DNA of 64,000 nt from an uncultured Klebsiella sp. (GCA_964610955.1 CAZSYV010000003.1:902-64901); one strand, 5' to 3'. Shown: positions 43,847-54,723, counted from the first letter of the stretch. The notes: generated by a model from the sequence alone, not told the origin. Numbers and translations: made by a program.

Positions 43847-44236
43847 ATGCAGCAGAATCCGGGTGGTCTCAAGGTGATGGTGATCGATGACAGCAAGACG
43901 ATCCGCCGTACGGCCGAGACGCTGCTGGTGAAGGAAGGCTACGAGGTGATCACTGCGGAGGACGGCTTCGAGGCGCTTGCCAAGATCGTCGATCATCGCC
44001 CCGACATCATCTTCGTCGACGTGATGATGCCGCGCCTCGATGGCTATCAGACCTGCGCGCTGATCAAGAACAACCGTGAGTTTGCCGCCACGCCGGTCGT
44101 GATGCTGTCGAGCAAGGATGGGCTGTTCGACAAGGCGAAGGGGCGCATCGTCGGCTCGGACCAGTACCTGACCAAGCCCTTCAGTCGCAACGAACTGATC
44201 GGGGCGATCCAGCAGCACGCACGATCGGTGCATTGA
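43847..44236 (+). CDS. pilG: CheY-like response regulator PilG
   Basis: LKVMVIDDSKTIRRTAETLL...DVMMPRLDGYQTCALIKNN...SSKDGLFDKAKGRIVGSDQYLTKPF is nearly identical to P. aeruginosa PilG. GGGGGAGGG precedes the ATG. Confidence 0.92.
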   Translation: MQQNPGGLKVMVIDDSKTIRRTAETLLVKEGYEVITAEDGFEALAKIVDHRPDIIFVDVMMPRLDGYQTCALIKNNREFAATPVVMLSSKDGLFDKAKGRIVGSDQYLTKPFSRNELIGAIQQHARSVH

Positions 44237-44254
44237 GGGTACTGGGGATAAACG

Positions 44255-44629
44255 ATGGCACGAATTCTGCTTGTCGACGACTCGCCAACGGAGAATTTCA
44301 GTATCGGCAGCATGCTCGGGCGCCATGGGCACGACGTCATCGCTGCAGAATCCGGTGAGGAAGGGATGCGGCTCGCACGCGAACACCACCCCGACCTGAT
44401 TCTGATGGATATCGTGATGCCCGGACTCAACGGATTCCAGGCGACCCGCCAGCTCACTCGCGATCCGCGCACAGCCGCGATCCCCGTCGTGATCCTGACC
44501 TCGAAGACCCAGGACAGCGATCGCGTATGGGCGCAGCGCCAGGGGGCGAAGGACTATCTGACCAAGCCGGTCGAGGAAGTGGTGCTGCTGAGCACCATTA
44601 CCCGTGTGCTGGGCAGGTCACGCTCTTGA
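44255..44629 (+). CDS. pilH: CheY-like response regulator PilH
   Basis: A single receiver domain (ILLVDDSPTE, LILMDIVMPGLNGF, TKP), immediately after pilG. Confidence 0.9.
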   Translation: MARILLVDDSPTENFSIGSMLGRHGHDVIAAESGEEGMRLAREHHPDLILMDIVMPGLNGFQATRQLTRDPRTAAIPVVILTSKTQDSDRVWAQRQGAKDYLTKPVEEVVLLSTITRVLGRSRS

Positions 44630-44640
44630 TTTCGCCGCGG

Positions 44641-45174
44641 ATGGATGCCAGCGCGCCGTTTGCGCGGCTACTGGAGATCGACGCCAGGGCGCGGCGTGAT
44701 CGAGCCGGCAGTGATGCTGATCTGCGCACGCAGGCGCACTGGACGGGAGTGGGATTTTCCATGCTCGGCCAACGCCTCGTCGCACCCATGGGAACGGTGA
44801 CGGAAATCCTGAAGGTGCCGACACTGGCTCGACTGCCTCGAGTGCAACCATGGGTTGAAGGGATCGCGAACGTCCGTGGACGCCTGTTGCCGGTCATCGG
44901 CCTGGCGGCATTTCTTGGCGGCAGTGCAACTCTGGCATGGCGCAGTCATCGTGTGCTGGTGCTGGCGAGCGAGGCCTTCGACTGTGCGCTGTTGGTCGAT
45001 GAGGTCTACGGATTGAAGCATTTCACTGCGGAATCCCGTCGTGAGCAGGTCGATATCGGATCTGCGCTGGCTCCTTATGTGGATGGTTTCTACAGCGGGA
45101 TCGAGGGCAATTGGGGGGTGTTCCATCCCGATCTGCTTCTTGGTGACAGGCGTTTTCTGGACGCGGCGCGCTAG
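44641..45174 (+). CDS. pilI: CheW-like coupling protein PilI
   Basis: A CheW domain (VPTLARLPRVQPWVEGIANVRGRLLPVIGL) in a 177-aa protein, between pilH and pilJ. Confidence 0.85.
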   Translation: MDASAPFARLLEIDARARRDRAGSDADLRTQAHWTGVGFSMLGQRLVAPMGTVTEILKVPTLARLPRVQPWVEGIANVRGRLLPVIGLAAFLGGSATLAWRSHRVLVLASEAFDCALLVDEVYGLKHFTAESRREQVDIGSALAPYVDGFYSGIEGNWGVFHPDLLLGDRRFLDAAR

Positions 45175-45230
45175 CGTGCCCACATGCGCTACCCATGGTG
45201 CGCTGAATGTACTGGCGAGGGGGTCGAGCA

Positions 45231-47279
45231 ATGATCGCAAGGCACGATGGATCGGCTGGCGGTGCGGGGACGCGGGTGCGCTGGATCGCAGTGTGGGGGG
45301 GCGTGCTCGCCGTGGCGGCCCTCGCATTCGTCTGGAGCCTCTATGTGATCCTGCGCGATACGGCTCGCGACAGCAGCTATCGCGAGATGCTCGGCAACCT
45401 GCGGGTGCTGTCCCAGCAGGTCGAAGCCTCGGCACGCGAGGCCGTCACGGGTGATGTGCAGGCGCTCGATGCGCTGGCACGCTCGCGCACCGAATTCGGC
45501 TCCGGTTTTGCGCAACTCGATCGCGGCAGCGAGTCGCTGCCGTCGCCACGTGCCTTGCTGCCGAACGAGTTCGCCGAAATCGAGGCAGCGTGGAACGAGG
45601 TTGATCGTGCCGCATTGGCCATCACCGCGCGCCGTGACAACCTGCAGTTCATCGGCGAGCTCTCCGGGACGATCGGCAGTTCCATCGATGCGGTGCAGAA
45701 GCACGTGGCGCGGATTGCCGAATTGCTTGCCTCCGCCGGTGGGTCCGTCAGGCAGGCGGCGCTGGCCGAGCGACAGAACTGGCTCGTCGAGCGCATCGCA
45801 CGCAACCTCGATCGCATTGCCCAGGGTGAGGACGCCACTGCCGCGGCCACGCGTTTCAGTGCCGATGTCGAGGAGTTCGTCGACACGCTCGGTGCACTGC
45901 AGCGCGGCAGCGCGACGCTTGGTCTGCCGGCGCTCACCAACGCTGAAGCGCTCGAGGATGTGCGCGAGACCCAGCGTGTGTTCCGGCTCATTGGGGATGC
46001 ACGCCAGCGCATCCTCGAGGCGGCACCCGATATTGAACAGGCGCGTGGTGCGGCGCAGGCCGTTGCGCGTGATGCGCCGCGACTGCTGAACGCTACGGGC
46101 CTGACCTCGGATCGCATCAGCGAGCTGCAGGGCAGGCGTCCCGTCAACGCAGGCACCACTCTGCTGCTCGGTGCGCTGGTTGCGGTCTCCCTGTTGATGA
46201 TCGGCATCCTGTGGATGCGTGATACGCGCCAGCGTCTGGCGCGGACAGCAGCAACGAACGAGCGCAACCAGCAGGCGATCCTGCGCCTGCTCGACGAGAT
46301 CGCCGGACTCGCCGATGGTGACCTGACCGCTAGCGCAACCGTGACCGAGGACTTCACCGGCGCCATAGCCGATGCCATCAACTACACGATCGATCAGCTG
46401 CGGGTGCTGGTGTCGTCGATCAACGGCACGGCGCAGAGCGTATCCCAGGCGGCGGAAGACACTCAGGCCACCGCACGGCACCTCGCCGAGGCTTCGGAAC
46501 ATCAGGCTCAGGAAATCACCGGCGCTTCCTCGGCGATCAACGAGATGGCGGTGATGATCGACCAGGTCTCCTCGAATGCCGCCGAATCGGCAGCCGTCGC
46601 AGATCGCTCCGTGGCTCTTGCCAACAGCGGCTCCCAGGTCGTGCAGAACACCATCGGCGGCATGGATACGATCCGCGAACAGATCCAGGAAACCGCAAAG
46701 CGCATCAAGCGCCTGGGTGAGAGCTCGCAGGAGATCGGTGATATCGTCTCACTGATCAACGACATTGCCGATCAGACGAACATTCTGGCGCTCAACGCCG
46801 CCATCCAGGCATCGATGGCCGGTGAGGCCGGGCGTGGCTTTGCAGTCGTCGCCGACGAGGTGCAGCGCCTTGCCGAGCGCTCCAGTGGTGCGACGCGCCA
46901 GATCGAGGCACTGGTGAAGACGATCCAGTCGGACACGCATGAAGCAGTGATGTCGATGGAGCAGACCACGACCGAGGTGGTACGCGGCGCGCGCCTTGCC
47001 GAGGACGCGGGCGTTGCACTCGAGGAAATCGAGACCGTCTCGAAAAGCCTTGCCGCACTGATCCAGAATATCTCCAACGCGGCACGCCAGCAGGCGTCAT
47101 CGGCCGGTCATGTCTCGAACACCATGAACATCATCCAGGAGATCACCTCGCAGACTTCGACAGGAACTGCCGCGGCAGCACAGTCGATCGGCAAGCTCGC
47201 CACGATGACCAACGAGCTGCGCTCCTCGGTTGCCGGTTTCAAGCTGCCCGAGATCGGGCACCCATCGCGCTCGCGCTGA
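45231..47279 (+). CDS. pilJ: methyl-accepting chemotaxis protein PilJ
   Basis: An N-terminal TM segment, a large periplasmic domain, a second TM segment and a HAMP domain are followed by the highly conserved MCP signalling hairpin ([40 protein letters not shown]). GAGGGGG precedes ATG 45231. Confidence 0.9.
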   Translation: MIARHDGSAGGAGTRVRWIAVWGGVLAVAALAFVWSLYVILRDTARDSSYREMLGNLRVLSQQVEASAREAVTGDVQALDALARSRTEFGSGFAQLDRGSESLPSPRALLPNEFAEIEAAWNEVDRAALAITARRDNLQFIGELSGTIGSSIDAVQKHVARIAELLASAGGSVRQAALAERQNWLVERIARNLDRIAQGEDATAAATRFSADVEEFVDTLGALQRGSATLGLPALTNAEALEDVRETQRVFRLIGDARQRILEAAPDIEQARGAAQAVARDAPRLLNATGLTSDRISELQGRRPVNAGTTLLLGALVAVSLLMIGILWMRDTRQRLARTAATNERNQQAILRLLDEIAGLADGDLTASATVTEDFTGAIADAINYTIDQLRVLVSSINGTAQSVSQAAEDTQATARHLAEASEHQAQEITGASSAINEMAVMIDQVSSNAAESAAVADRSVALANSGSQVVQNTIGGMDTIREQIQETAKRIKRLGESSQEIGDIVSLINDIADQTNILALNAAIQASMAGEAGRGFAVVADEVQRLAERSSGATRQIEALVKTIQSDTHEAVMSMEQTTTEVVRGARLAEDAGVALEEIETVSKSLAALIQNISNAARQQASSAGHVSNTMNIIQEITSQTSTGTAAAAQSIGKLATMTNELRSSVAGFKLPEIGHPSRSR

Positions 47280-47297
47280 TTGCACGCGGAACGCGCA

Positions 47298-50200
47298 ATG
47301 GAAAAGGATCTCGGTGCGCTGCAGTGGGTGGCCGACGAGCTCGGGCAGGTGTCCGAGCAGCTGGTGCGCTCACTGCTTGGCTTTGCCGATGATCCAGCGC
47401 ACGCGAGCCGCCTGGCTGCCTGCCTGGCGGATGCACACCAGATTCACGCCACGCTGCGCCTGCTGGCCGTACCGAGCGCGGAAGTGCTTGCCGGCGAGAT
47501 CGAGCAGACCCTGCTGGCGATGTCGAGCGCCGAACTCAACCCATCGAGCAACGTCCTGCAGACCCTGCTGGCAGCCGTGATGGAGCTGCCCCCCTATCTG
47601 CGCCGGGTGGGTTCGGAGCGGCGAGAGTCCCCGCGCGATGTGCTGGCAGTGCTGAACGATCTGCGTGCGTTGCGTGGTGAGCAGCCGCTGCCGCCCCCTC
47701 CGATCGAGCTGGGTTTTGCCCACGAGGCACTGCTGCTGGAGACAGGTACAGGTGCCCCGCGCGCCTCGCCCGACGAGGTGCAGCTGCTGCGCGTGGTGCG
47801 CCAGCGATTCCAGACGGAGCTGATCGGCGTGCTGCGCAACGAGGCAACCGAGCAGCGGCTTGCGCAGCTGGCACGAGTCTTTGCGCTGCTTGGTCAGCGT
47901 CTCGGCTCGAAGGGGCACCGCCTGTTCTGGGAAACCGCATCGGCCTGGACGGACGGGCTGAAGCACGGTGGCCTGGCGCTCGATTCGCGGGCGCATGCGT
48001 TGCTGCGCGAGCTCGATGGCGAATTGCGCGCGGCGGTTGCTCTCGAGGTCGACTGCTACACGCGGGCTCCTGAACCAGGGCTGTGCACCCGGCTGCTCGA
48101 GTCGCTCGCCACATCGGCACCGGTCAGCGAGAGTGTCGTCGAGATGCAGCGGCGTCATCGACTACTTGGCGCACCGGTGATGCGCCACGACATGGGCGCT
48201 ACCGGGGCTGCCATCGCGGCGCTCAGCGAAGAGCTCGGTGGTGCGCTGCAGCGACTCGAACTCACCGAGGGGGATGCCCTGGCCAGCGCACGCACGCTGC
48301 AGGAGCTCCAGCCTGAACTCGGCCGTGCGGCACAGTTGCTCGTGGGGCTGGGTTTCCATGAGGAATTCGCACTGCTGCAGACCCAGATCGAGCGTATTGG
48401 CGCCGGGTTCAGTGCCGGTTCCAGTCTCGAAGAAGAACTTACCTCGATCTCTGTGGCGCTGCTCGACCTGGACCAACGCCTGGCGAAGCGTGCGATCGCT
48501 GCCGGTGGCGGAGGGGTGGCGCTGGCTCTTCGCCGCCATCCGCTGCAGCGTGCCCTGGAGGCGGTGTGCCGTGAGGTGGAGGATGCGCTGGGGCGCGTGA
48601 AGCAGACCGTTGCCGACTACCTGTCGTCGTACGGTGGCCTGGCTGTGCTGATGCAGCTGCCGGAGGAGTTGCAGCGGCTTGCCGGCGTGCTGCAGCTCGC
48701 TGGACTGGATGCCGCAGCCGATGTCCTGCACGGTTGCCGCGAGCATCTCGTTGTCGTGCTTGCCGGTGAGCGAGCTGCCCCGAATGCGCGGGTGATCGAT
48801 ACGTTGGCCGATGCGCTGGGGGCAGTCGAGTATTTCCTTGAACGCTTCGTGATCGATGGTTATGCCGCGAACCTGATATTGGCCCGGGCCGTCGATGCCG
48901 TGCGCGGCCTGGCAGCACCGTTGGCAGAGCCGCCGCCCGAACCCGACACGCAGGCGATACTCGATGAGCTTGCCGAGGGGATTCTGCTCGACTCCGATGC
49001 CGACCAGGGCGCACCGCAGCCTGCGGCGCCTGCGCCCGTTGCCAGTTCGCAAGCCAAGTCCGGGGCGCCCGCTGGAGTCGAAGTCGACCCCGAGATCGTG
49101 GGAATCTTCGTCGAGGAAGCCACTGAAGTGCTGACCACCATCGACAGTCAGTTGCCGCAGTGGCAGGCCCAGCCGGGGCCGGGGAGCGCCCTGACCGAAT
49201 TGCGCCGTGCCTTCCACACGTTGAAGGGCAGTGGGCGCATGGTCGGTGCCGGGCAGCTCGGCGAGCTGGCCTGGAGTGTCGAGAAGCTGCTGAACCGCGT
49301 TCTCGACGGCGCCCTCGCACCCTCGCTGGCAGTGGTCGATGCCGTGGTCGATGCGCGCGAGCTGCTGCCCGGACTGGTGGAGGTGTTCTCTGCGGGTGGC
49401 GAGCCCGATCGCCATGCCGTGGAGTCGTTGTGCACACGCCTCGATGCGCTGGCGCGTGGTGAAGAGGTGCCAATGGTGGCAGCCGTGCAGGCGGTGCCGT
49501 CACAGTCGCCACAAGCGGCTCCGGCAGCTGCCGATCACGGGGTTGGTGAGCGTCTGCTGACGATATTCGTCGAGGAGCTCAGCGAACACCTCCATGCCCT
49601 GCACGCCTATCTCGAGGCGCCCGAGCGCGGTGCGGTGACCCAGTCGCTGCTGCGTACCCTGCATACGCTGCACGGCAGTTCCAGCGCAGCAGGCAATGAC
49701 AGTCTGACACTGGTGCTGGAGCCGCTGGACGATATGGTCCACGGTGTCGGCGAGGCGGGTGGTGTGCTCACTGTGTCGCAGCTGGCACTGCTGTCACGTC
49801 TGTGCGAGCTGCTGGAGTACGCGCAGTCCGACTCCGTCGACGGCGCGATGCTGCACTCGCGCGCGCAGGCGCTGCACGTGCAGATCGAGGAGCTCTACCC
49901 GCAGGCAGGCCATCTCGCTCATCCCGATGCGCGCCTGGTGCGCTTCCTGCACGAGGCACTCGAAGGATTCGATCGTGGCGTGTCGCTGCTCGCCGAGTGG
50001 CGCACGGCACACGACGGCTCGGCAGTCGGCCGTGCGTTTCTTGCAGAGCTGCGTGCGGTGCACGAGGCAGCGGCACGACTGGGTGTCGATGGTGTGCTGC
50101 GCCTCTCGCAGCCGCTGCTGGATGTGCTGGCACCAGCGCTCGAGGCGCGACGGCTGCAGCAGCCCCCGGTCGAGCTGTTCACACTGCTTGGCGAAGCCTG

Positions 50201-52661
50201 CGAGGCTGGCCTCGATGTGCTCGACCGTCTGGCGGCGAGCGAACTGCCCGACGTCCCCACCGCTCTCATCGAGCGCCTGCAGGCGCTCGATGTGCTGGTT
50301 GCGCCGGCGTCAGTGGATGTGCAGCCGGAGACGGACGACGATCCGGAAGCGATCCGCGAACGCATACGTACCGATCTGGTACAGGCGGATCCCGAACTGC
50401 TGGACATCTTCCTCGAGGAAGCCGAGGAGTTGATGACCTCGATCGACGAGGCGCTCGACTCCTGGCGTCGCACCCGTGACGATCGGGAGTCATTCGACGA
50501 TCTGCAGCGTCATCTGCACACGCTCAAGGGGGGCGCGCGCATGGCGGGGTTGGCCTGCCTGGGCGAACTCAGCCACGATTTCGAAGCCCTGCTGATCAAC
50601 GGCACCCAGCGTTTCGGGAGTTTCGATGACACTTTCCTGAGCGGTGTGGCTGATTTTCATACGCGGCTGCTGAGCGCGATGGCCGTGATCAGAAGCCATC
50701 GGCTGGTGGCCGAACCCCGGCAGGAGGTGGCGCCCACCGAAGAGATGCAGGCCGTGCTCAGCCCACAGGCAGCGCTCACCGAGGCGGTTGCGCCAGTGGC
50801 GAAGAAGGCGGCGGCGAAGCCGCGGGGCGAGGTGGTGCGCGTCTCGGCACAGCTTCTCGAGGAGCTGGTGAACCTTGCCGGCGAGACAAGCATCTCGCGT
50901 GCGCGTGTCGAGGAGCAGGTGAGTGAGCTGGGCCAGCTCTTTGACGATATGCAGGGGGCGATCGAGCGTGTCCAGGGTCAGGTGCGTCAGCTCGACATCG
51001 CCACCGAGGCCCAGGTGCTGTTTCGCCGTGAGCGTGCCGACGGCTCCTTTGCCGAGGGCTTCGATCCGCTCGAAATGGATCGCTACTCGCAGCTTCAGCA
51101 GTTGTCGCGCTCCCTGGTCGAGAGTTCATCGGATCTGCTCGACATCAAGCGTACGCTGGCGGAAAAGGCGCGCGACCTTGAAACGGTGCTGATCCAGCAG
51201 GCGCGCATCAATGGTCAGCTGCAGGAAGGACTGATGCGCTCGCGCATGGTGCCGTTCCTGAGTGTCGTGCCGCGACTCAAGCGCCTGGTGCGCCAGGTCG
51301 CCGGTGAGCTCGGCAAGGAAGCGGAACTCGTGATGGGCAGCGTCGAGGGCAACCTCGATCGCGGCATCCTCGAGCGCGTGGTCGCACCGCTGGAACACAT
51401 GCTGCGCAATGCGGTCGATCACGGCATCGAGGCACGCATCCTGCGACTCGAACGTGGCAAGCCGGCCTGTGGACAGATCCGCATCGACATCGTGCGCGAT
51501 GGTGGTGATGTGTTGATCATCGTTGCCGATGACGGTGCGGGTATCGACCTGGGTGCCGTGCGTGACAAGGCCATCGAGCGTGGTCTGCTTGCTCCCGAGG
51601 CACGGCTGCGCGAGCACGATGTGCTGCAGTTCATCCTTCACCCGGGCTTCAGTACGGCTGCTACGGTGACGCAGATCTCGGGGCGTGGCGTCGGCATGGA
51701 TGTGGTCAGCAGCGAAATTCGCCAGATGGGCGGTGCGCTGGAAATCGACAGCCGGCACGGCGAAGGCACGCGCTTCGTGGTGCGCCTGCCGTTCACAGTC
51801 TCGGTGAACCGTGCGCTGCTGGTTGGCGTGGGCCAGGAAACCTACGCACTGCCGCTGAACACCGTTGCCGGAGTGGTGCGCATGCGAGCCGATGAACTTG
51901 CACGCCACCTTCGCGAAGGCCTGGCGTTCGAGTATGCGGGCCAGGATTATCGGATACGGCATCTCGGAACGGTGCTGTACCCCGATGAACAGCGCGAGCT
52001 GGACACGGGTATCGACACGGTATCCCTGGTGCTGGTACGTGGCGGCGGACAGACACTGGCGGTCGAGGTGGACCGCCTGCTGGGCGCCCGCGACATCGCG
52101 GTGAAGAGCCTTGGACCGCAGTTTGGTGCAGTCCCCGGCCTGAGCGGTGCCACCGTGCTGGGTGATGGCTCGGTGGTGCTGATCCTCGATCTGCCGGCGA
52201 TGCTGCGCGTCGACGCGGCATGTGCTCCAGTGCCCAGCGAGCGAGTCGAACGCCCGAAGTCGCTGCGCCCGGTCGAGCGTCCGCCACTGATCATGGTGGT
52301 CGATGATTCTGTGACCGTGCGCAAGGTCACGTCGCGCTTCCTCGAGCGTGAAGGCATGCAGGTGCTGAGCGCAAAGGATGGCGCAGAGGCCATGCTGAAG
52401 CTTCAGGAACAGCAGCCCGACGTGATGCTGCTCGACATCGAAATGCCGCACATGGACGGCTTCGAGGTGATCAGCAAGGTGCGTCTCAGCGCGACGCTGC
52501 GCGAGCTGCCGATCATCATGATCACCTCGCGTACCGGCGACAAACATCGTGAACGGGCATTTGCGCTGGGGGCCAACGCGTATCTGGGCAAGCCGTACCA
52601 GGAATCGGTGCTGCTGGAACAGATCCGCACATTGCTCCCGCGCAGGGAGGTCGAGGCATGA
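47298..52661 (+). CDS. chpA: ChpA/PilL hybrid CheA-type histidine kinase (multi-Hpt, HATPase, CheW, receiver)
   Basis: Hpt motifs are FHTLKGSG (His codon 49215..49217), LHTLHGSS (49662..49664) and LHTLKGGA (50517..50519). Also present: the CheA dimerisation region, N-box HMLRNAVDHGIE, G-boxes DDGAGID and GRGVGMD, a CheW domain and a C-terminal receiver (MVVDDS...LLDIEMPHMDG...GKP). Confidence 0.9.
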   Translation: MEKDLGALQWVADELGQVSEQLVRSLLGFADDPAHASRLAACLADAHQIHATLRLLAVPSAEVLAGEIEQTLLAMSSAELNPSSNVLQTLLAAVMELPPYLRRVGSERRESPRDVLAVLNDLRALRGEQPLPPPPIELGFAHEALLLETGTGAPRASPDEVQLLRVVRQRFQTELIGVLRNEATEQRLAQLARVFALLGQRLGSKGHRLFWETASAWTDGLKHGGLALDSRAHALLRELDGELRAAVALEVDCYTRAPEPGLCTRLLESLATSAPVSESVVEMQRRHRLLGAPVMRHDMGATGAAIAALSEELGGALQRLELTEGDALASARTLQELQPELGRAAQLLVGLGFHEEFALLQTQIERIGAGFSAGSSLEEELTSISVALLDLDQRLAKRAIAAGGGGVALALRRHPLQRALEAVCREVEDALGRVKQTVADYLSSYGGLAVLMQLPEELQRLAGVLQLAGLDAAADVLHGCREHLVVVLAGERAAPNARVIDTLADALGAVEYFLERFVIDGYAANLILARAVDAVRGLAAPLAEPPPEPDTQAILDELAEGILLDSDADQGAPQPAAPAPVASSQAKSGAPAGVEVDPEIVGIFVEEATEVLTTIDSQLPQWQAQPGPGSALTELRRAFHTLKGSGRMVGAGQLGELAWSVEKLLNRVLDGALAPSLAVVDAVVDARELLPGLVEVFSAGGEPDRHAVESLCTRLDALARGEEVPMVAAVQAVPSQSPQAAPAAADHGVGERLLTIFVEELSEHLHALHAYLEAPERGAVTQSLLRTLHTLHGSSSAAGNDSLTLVLEPLDDMVHGVGEAGGVLTVSQLALLSRLCELLEYAQSDSVDGAMLHSRAQALHVQIEELYPQAGHLAHPDARLVRFLHEALEGFDRGVSLLAEWRTAHDGSAVGRAFLAELRAVHEAAARLGVDGVLRLSQPLLDVLAPALEARRLQQPPVELFTLLGEACEAGLDVLDRLAASELPDVPTALIERLQALDVLVAPASVDVQPETDDDPEAIRERIRTDLVQADPELLDIFLEEAEELMTSIDEALDSWRRTRDDRESFDDLQRHLHTLKGGARMAGLACLGELSHDFEALLINGTQRFGSFDDTFLSGVADFHTRLLSAMAVIRSHRLVAEPRQEVAPTEEMQAVLSPQAALTEAVAPVAKKAAAKPRGEVVRVSAQLLEELVNLAGETSISRARVEEQVSELGQLFDDMQGAIERVQGQVRQLDIATEAQVLFRRERADGSFAEGFDPLEMDRYSQLQQLSRSLVESSSDLLDIKRTLAEKARDLETVLIQQARINGQLQEGLMRSRMVPFLSVVPRLKRLVRQVAGELGKEAELVMGSVEGNLDRGILERVVAPLEHMLRNAVDHGIEARILRLERGKPACGQIRIDIVRDGGDVLIIVADDGAGIDLGAVRDKAIERGLLAPEARLREHDVLQFILHPGFSTAATVTQISGRGVGMDVVSSEIRQMGGALEIDSRHGEGTRFVVRLPFTVSVNRALLVGVGQETYALPLNTVAGVVRMRADELARHLREGLAFEYAGQDYRIRHLGTVLYPDEQRELDTGIDTVSLVLVRGGGQTLAVEVDRLLGARDIAVKSLGPQFGAVPGLSGATVLGDGSVVLILDLPAMLRVDAACAPVPSERVERPKSLRPVERPPLIMVVDDSVTVRKVTSRFLEREGMQVLSAKDGAEAMLKLQEQQPDVMLLDIEMPHMDGFEVISKVRLSATLRELPIIMITSRTGDKHRERAFALGANAYLGKPYQESVLLEQIRTLLPRREVEA

Positions 52662-53137
52662 CGATGGCTGCGGGGGAGCTTGCGCGTGATCTCAGTGCAC
52701 TGCTGTTGCCGCTCGCCGAAGAGCTGCTGATCGTGCCCAGTGCGGTGGTGGTCGAGATCATCCGTCGCCGTGAGCTGCTGCGTCCCGTACAGGCCCCTGC
52801 CTGGCTCCTCGGGATGTTGCACTGGCACGAGACGCTGATTCCGGTGCTGAGTTTCGAGACGCTGAACGGGGGTGTCATCAGAGACGGTGGACAGGGCGGC
52901 CGCATCGTGGTGATGAGTACCCTCGGCGAGGGAGGGGGCTGGCGCAACTACGCGATTCTGGCCCGTGGCGTACCGCACCTGCTGCTGATGACCGCTGCGG
53001 ATGTGCACACCGATCCACAGCGCCCGCCCGGACCGGCAGAGCAGATGAAGGTGCGTGTGCACGGGCGCAATGCCGCGATCCCTGACCTCGATGCGTTGGA
53101 GGCGGCACTGCTGCAGGTGCGCGCTGGTACCAACTGA
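52658..53137 (+). CDS. chpC: CheW-like protein (ChpC-like)
   Basis: 159 aa with a CheW-type core (LLIVPSAVVVEIIRRRELL...PAWLLGMLHWHETLIPVLSFE). Its ATG overlaps the chpA stop (ATGA). Confidence 0.65.
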   Translation: MTMAAGELARDLSALLLPLAEELLIVPSAVVVEIIRRRELLRPVQAPAWLLGMLHWHETLIPVLSFETLNGGVIRDGGQGGRIVVMSTLGEGGGWRNYAILARGVPHLLLMTAADVHTDPQRPPGPAEQMKVRVHGRNAAIPDLDALEAALLQVRAGTN

Positions 53138-53143
53138 GCCGGA

Positions 53144-53875
53144 TCAGGGCCCGAGATCCCCCCAGCGGTGCTGGAGGATTGCCAGCGCCGCGACGGGCGC
53201 GGTTTCGGTACGCAGTATCCGGGGGCCGAGCGACCAGGGCATCAGGCCTGCCTCGTGCGCCAGCGCGAACTCGCTGGCATCGAGCCCGCCCTCCGGGCCC
53301 ACCAGGACGCGCAGTGCGGTGGGTGCCGGATGGCTCGGGAGCGTCCCGCTGTCGCTGGTGTGCAACACCAGTCCGGGAAGCTCGCTGTACGTGGCGAGCC
53401 AGTGCTGCAATGCCACCGGCTGTCCGATCGCTGGTACCCGGGTGCGCCCACTTTGTTCGCAGGCGGCAATCGCCACCTGCAGCCAGTGACGCAGTCGACT
53501 GTCGGCACGCGTGCCGTCGAATTTCGCGTTGCAGCGCGCAAGCAGCAGTGGCGTGATCGTTGCCACGCCCAGTTCGGTGCACTTCTGCACGACCCAGTCC
53601 ATGCGTTCTCCGCGTGCCAGCCCGATGCCGAGGTGAATCGCGAGGGGACTTTCGGTGACGCAGGACAGCGGATCACCGACCGTCAGGCACACGGCATGTC
53701 GCTGCACCTCGTCGAGCGTCGCACGGAACTCGGCGCCGCTGCCGTCGAAAACCCGCAGCGCGGCACCCTGTTCGAGGCGCAACACATCACGCACATAATG
53801 TGCAGCCGCCTCGCGAAGTGTAACGACGGTGTCTGCGGCCAGCGCCTGTGCAACGAACAGCCGCGACAGGCGCAT
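53144..53875 (-). CDS. rsmE: 16S rRNA (uracil1498-N3)-methyltransferase RsmE
   Basis: MRLSRLFV at the N-terminus (PUA-like domain) and the SPOUT C-terminus LVGPEGGLDASE...GPRILRTETA are present. Confidence 0.88.
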   Translation of the reverse strand: MRLSRLFVAQALAADTVVTLREAAAHYVRDVLRLEQGAALRVFDGSGAEFRATLDEVQRHAVCLTVGDPLSCVTESPLAIHLGIGLARGERMDWVVQKCTELGVATITPLLLARCNAKFDGTRADSRLRHWLQVAIAACEQSGRTRVPAIGQPVALQHWLATYSELPGLVLHTSDSGTLPSHPAPTALRVLVGPEGGLDASEFALAHEAGLMPWSLGPRILRTETAPVAALAILQHRWGDLGP

Positions 53876-53877
53876 CC

Positions 53878-54720
53878 TCAGAGCAGTCCGGCCGCCCGAC
53901 AGATCGCCAGTGTCGGCTCCGCCTGGTTCATCGTATAGAAATGCAGTCCCGGTGCGCCGCCCTCGAGCAGGCGCCGGCACAGTCCGGCGACGAATTCGAC
54001 GGCGAAGGACTGTGTCGATGCCTCGTCATCCTGAAGTGTCTCGAGCCGACAGTGCAGCCAGCGCGGGATCTCGGCGCCACAGTTGCGGGCGAAGCGCGCC
54101 AGGTTCTGGTAGTTGAGTATCGGCATGATGCCGGGGTAGATCGGCTGCTCGATCCCCACTGCACGGCAGGCCTGCACGAAATGGAAATAGGCATCGGCAT
54201 TGTAGAAGAACTGCGTGATGCCGCTGTCGGCACCGGCATCGAACTTCTGCTTGAGAAAGCGCAGATCCGTGTCGAAGTCGCGCGCCTGGGGGTGCATCTC
54301 GGGGTATGCGGCGACCTCGATCTCGAAATGCGCCCCGGTGTGCCTGCGCACGAAACGTACCAGCTCACTGGCGTGGATCATCTGCGACATGCCGCCGATT
54401 CCCGACGGCAGGTCCCCGCGCAGCGCGACCAGGCGCCGGATGCCGTTGTCGCGATAGGCGTGGAGGAGCTCGAGCACGAGTGACTCGTCGTCTGCAGCGA
54501 ATGACAGGTGCGGTGCGACGGCGCTTCCCGTGCGCTTGAGCTCGAGCACCACATCCCGGGTCGTCTGTCGTGTCGATCCACCGGCACCGTAGGTGACCGA
54601 GGAGAACGCCGGTGACAGCACCCGAAGCTCCTCGTGCACCGCGAGCAGCTTCGCGCGTCCCTCGGGTGTCTTGGGTGGGAAGTACTCGCAGCTCAGCCGG
54701 ATGTCGGGTGATGTTGCCAT
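53878..54720 (-). CDS. metF: 5,10-methylenetetrahydrofolate reductase
   Basis: SCEYFPPKT, VTYGAGGSTR, ALRGD and HFYTMN are present. Length is 280 aa. Confidence 0.92.
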   Translation of the reverse strand: MATSPDIRLSCEYFPPKTPEGRAKLLAVHEELRVLSPAFSSVTYGAGGSTRQTTRDVVLELKRTGSAVAPHLSFAADDESLVLELLHAYRDNGIRRLVALRGDLPSGIGGMSQMIHASELVRFVRRHTGAHFEIEVAAYPEMHPQARDFDTDLRFLKQKFDAGADSGITQFFYNADAYFHFVQACRAVGIEQPIYPGIMPILNYQNLARFARNCGAEIPRWLHCRLETLQDDEASTQSFAVEFVAGLCRRLLEGGAPGLHFYTMNQAEPTLAICRAAGLL

Positions 54721-54723
54721 GGT

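Noticed and set aside
43724-44389. An extension of the gshB ORF to 538 aa.
   Set aside because: GshB is complete at 316 aa from ATG 43723. The extension crosses the promoter spacer and runs antisense through pilG and pilH.
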